Assembly (NCBI RefSeq): GCF_000195955.2
Contig: NC_000962.3
Coordinates: 1,200,001-1,232,000, forward strand
From: Mycobacterium tuberculosis H37Rv
Lineage (GTDB): Bacteria > Actinomycetota > Actinomycetes > Mycobacteriales > Mycobacteriaceae
Direction of reading: 5' to 3'
Length of the DNA: 32,000 bases
The notes beneath the pieces were generated by a model that had not been told where the DNA came from, ran no database searches, and worked only from the letters and a program-made list of their open reading frames with translations. Below are positions 30,972 to 32,000 of this stretch, piece by piece (the first letter of the stretch is position 1; every line of letters starts with the position of its first letter). A program made the translations under genes and the position numbers.

Positions 30972-31291
30972 CAGTCGATGTCGAGGGCGGTACGAGCGCA
31001 GTGGCCGGCCAGCGTATCCAGATCACCCGTGGCTGACGTGTTGGTGGCGAGGATCTCCGCGTCGCGTTCGGCGAGACGACGGCGGCGTTCCCGTTCCAGC
31101 GCCCGCAGCACGACAGCCGCACGGCTACGGGCATGCTGTCCCCGGACTTCGTCGTCGATGAACGCGACAATCTCATCGGGCAAGCGAACCGCAATCTGTG
31201 TACTCACTTCACAGATGGTACCAGTTTGGTATGCACCCGCCCCAAAACCGTTCGCGCCGCCGGCGAGGACGACCCCCCAGGGTAGGTACAT
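30971..31291 (-). CDS. mazE3: MazE-family antitoxin (RHH-like N-terminus), MazE3 by position; internal GTG at 31207 is an alternative start
   Basis: 'STQIAVRLPDEIVAFIDDEVRGQHARSRAAVVLRALERERRRR' ribbon-helix-helix pattern; overlaps mazF3 start by 1 nt. Confidence 0.88.
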   Translation of the reverse strand: MYLPWGVVLAGGANGFGAGAYQTGTICEVSTQIAVRLPDEIVAFIDDEVRGQHARSRAAVVLRALERERRRRLAERDAEILATNTSATGDLDTLAGHCARTALDID

Positions 31292-31300
31292 TCCAGAAGT

Positions 31301-32000
31301 ATGGTCGTCGACAGCTGCGTGGCCGAATCCCGCTATGGTCCGGTCCGGGGCGCCGATGATGGCCGCGTCAAAGTGTGGAAAGGCATCCGGTATGCCGCGC
31401 CACCACTAGGTGACCTGAGGTTCCGGACGCCCGAACCTCCCGAACGGTGGACCGAGGTCGCCGACGCCACAACCTTCGGTCCGGCCTGCCCGCAGCCGGC
31501 CATCCCCAACATGCCGCTCGATTTAGGGGCGTCGCAGAGCGAGGACTGTTGGAGCCTGAACATTTGGGCGCCGGCGGACACCGAGCCCGGTGACGGAAAA
31601 CCCGTGATGGTGTGGCTGCACGGGGGCGCCTACATCCTGGGATCGGGCAGCCAGCCGCTCTATAACGGCCGCAGGTTGGCCGCCAGCGGCGACGTGGTCG
31701 TGGTGACGGTCAACTACCGGCTCGGAGCGCTTGGCTTCCTGGACTTGTCGTCGTTCAACACGTCACGGCGACGGTTCGACTCGAATATCGGCCTGCGTGA
31801 CGTGCTGGCCGTGCTGCGCTGGGTAGCAGACAACATCGCGGTGTTTGGCGGCGATCCCGAGAAGGTCACGCTGTTCGGTGAATCCGCGCGGGAATCGTCA
31901 CGACCCTGCTCGCCACCCCGGCGGCCGCGGGTCTGTTCGCGGCGGCGATCGCCCAGAGCTCACCGGCGACATCGGTCTACGACCAGGTGAGGGCTCGGCG
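31301..32000 (+). pseudogene. Type-B carboxylesterase / p-nitrobenzyl-esterase-like, frameshifted (Rv1104-like ORF ends 31990); continues past window
   Basis: 'VWKGIRYAAPPLGDLRFRTPEPP', 'SEDCWSLNIWAP', 'MVWLHGGAYILGSG', then GES at 31877..31885; frame changes between about 31886 and 31891, giving GIVTTLLATPAAAGLFAAAIAQSSPATSVYDQ in another frame. Confidence 0.88.

Noticed and set aside
30660-31291. mazEF3 as the possible novel defence system hinted at in the prompt
   Set aside because: It is a recognisable, already described MazEF family pair with no additional accessory genes; the neighbouring esterase is a pseudogene.

Overview
The window reads as ordinary mycobacterial chromosome. Gene content and order match my recollection of the Mycobacterium tuberculosis complex region Rv1075c-Rv1105; that match is from memory, no database was searched. 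Order: SGNH/GDSL hydrolase (partial), lipU, cbs, pra, metB, greA(-), DUF4307-like(-), mca, small TM protein, DUF255/thioredoxin-fold protein, hemolysin-III-like(-), short-chain Z-isoprenyl diphosphate synthase, PE_PGRS21, a decayed block (coaA 3' scrap, cis-prenyltransferase remnant, PE9/PE10, celA2 fragments), PE_PGRS22, coaA(-), glyA1, desA2, phoH2, polysaccharide deacetylase, Pro/Gly-rich membrane protein(-), fum(-), glpX(-), Rv1100-like, AI-2E-like permease(-), mazF3/mazE3(-), and a frameshifted carboxylesterase. I see no CRISPR, rRNA, tRNA, prophage or obvious novel defence system. The most interesting material is: (1) PE9+PE10+celA2a/b can be read as one ancestral PE-CBM2-GH12 secreted cellulase gene broken by several frameshifts and a stop; (2) duplication scars between PE_PGRS21 and PE9, namely a coaA 3'-end copy abutting a deletion-riddled copy of the prenyltransferase; (3) an AT-rich control region with a perfect dyad and a 14-bp direct repeat before PE9; (4) a small ORF, absent from the ORF track, translationally coupled to phoH2; (5) several long intergenic dyads, two sharing a CGAGCAGAC-type arm end; (6) a carboxylesterase frameshifted at its nucleophile elbow. 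The supplied ORF track gives the greA ORF (5304..5798) the wrong strand.
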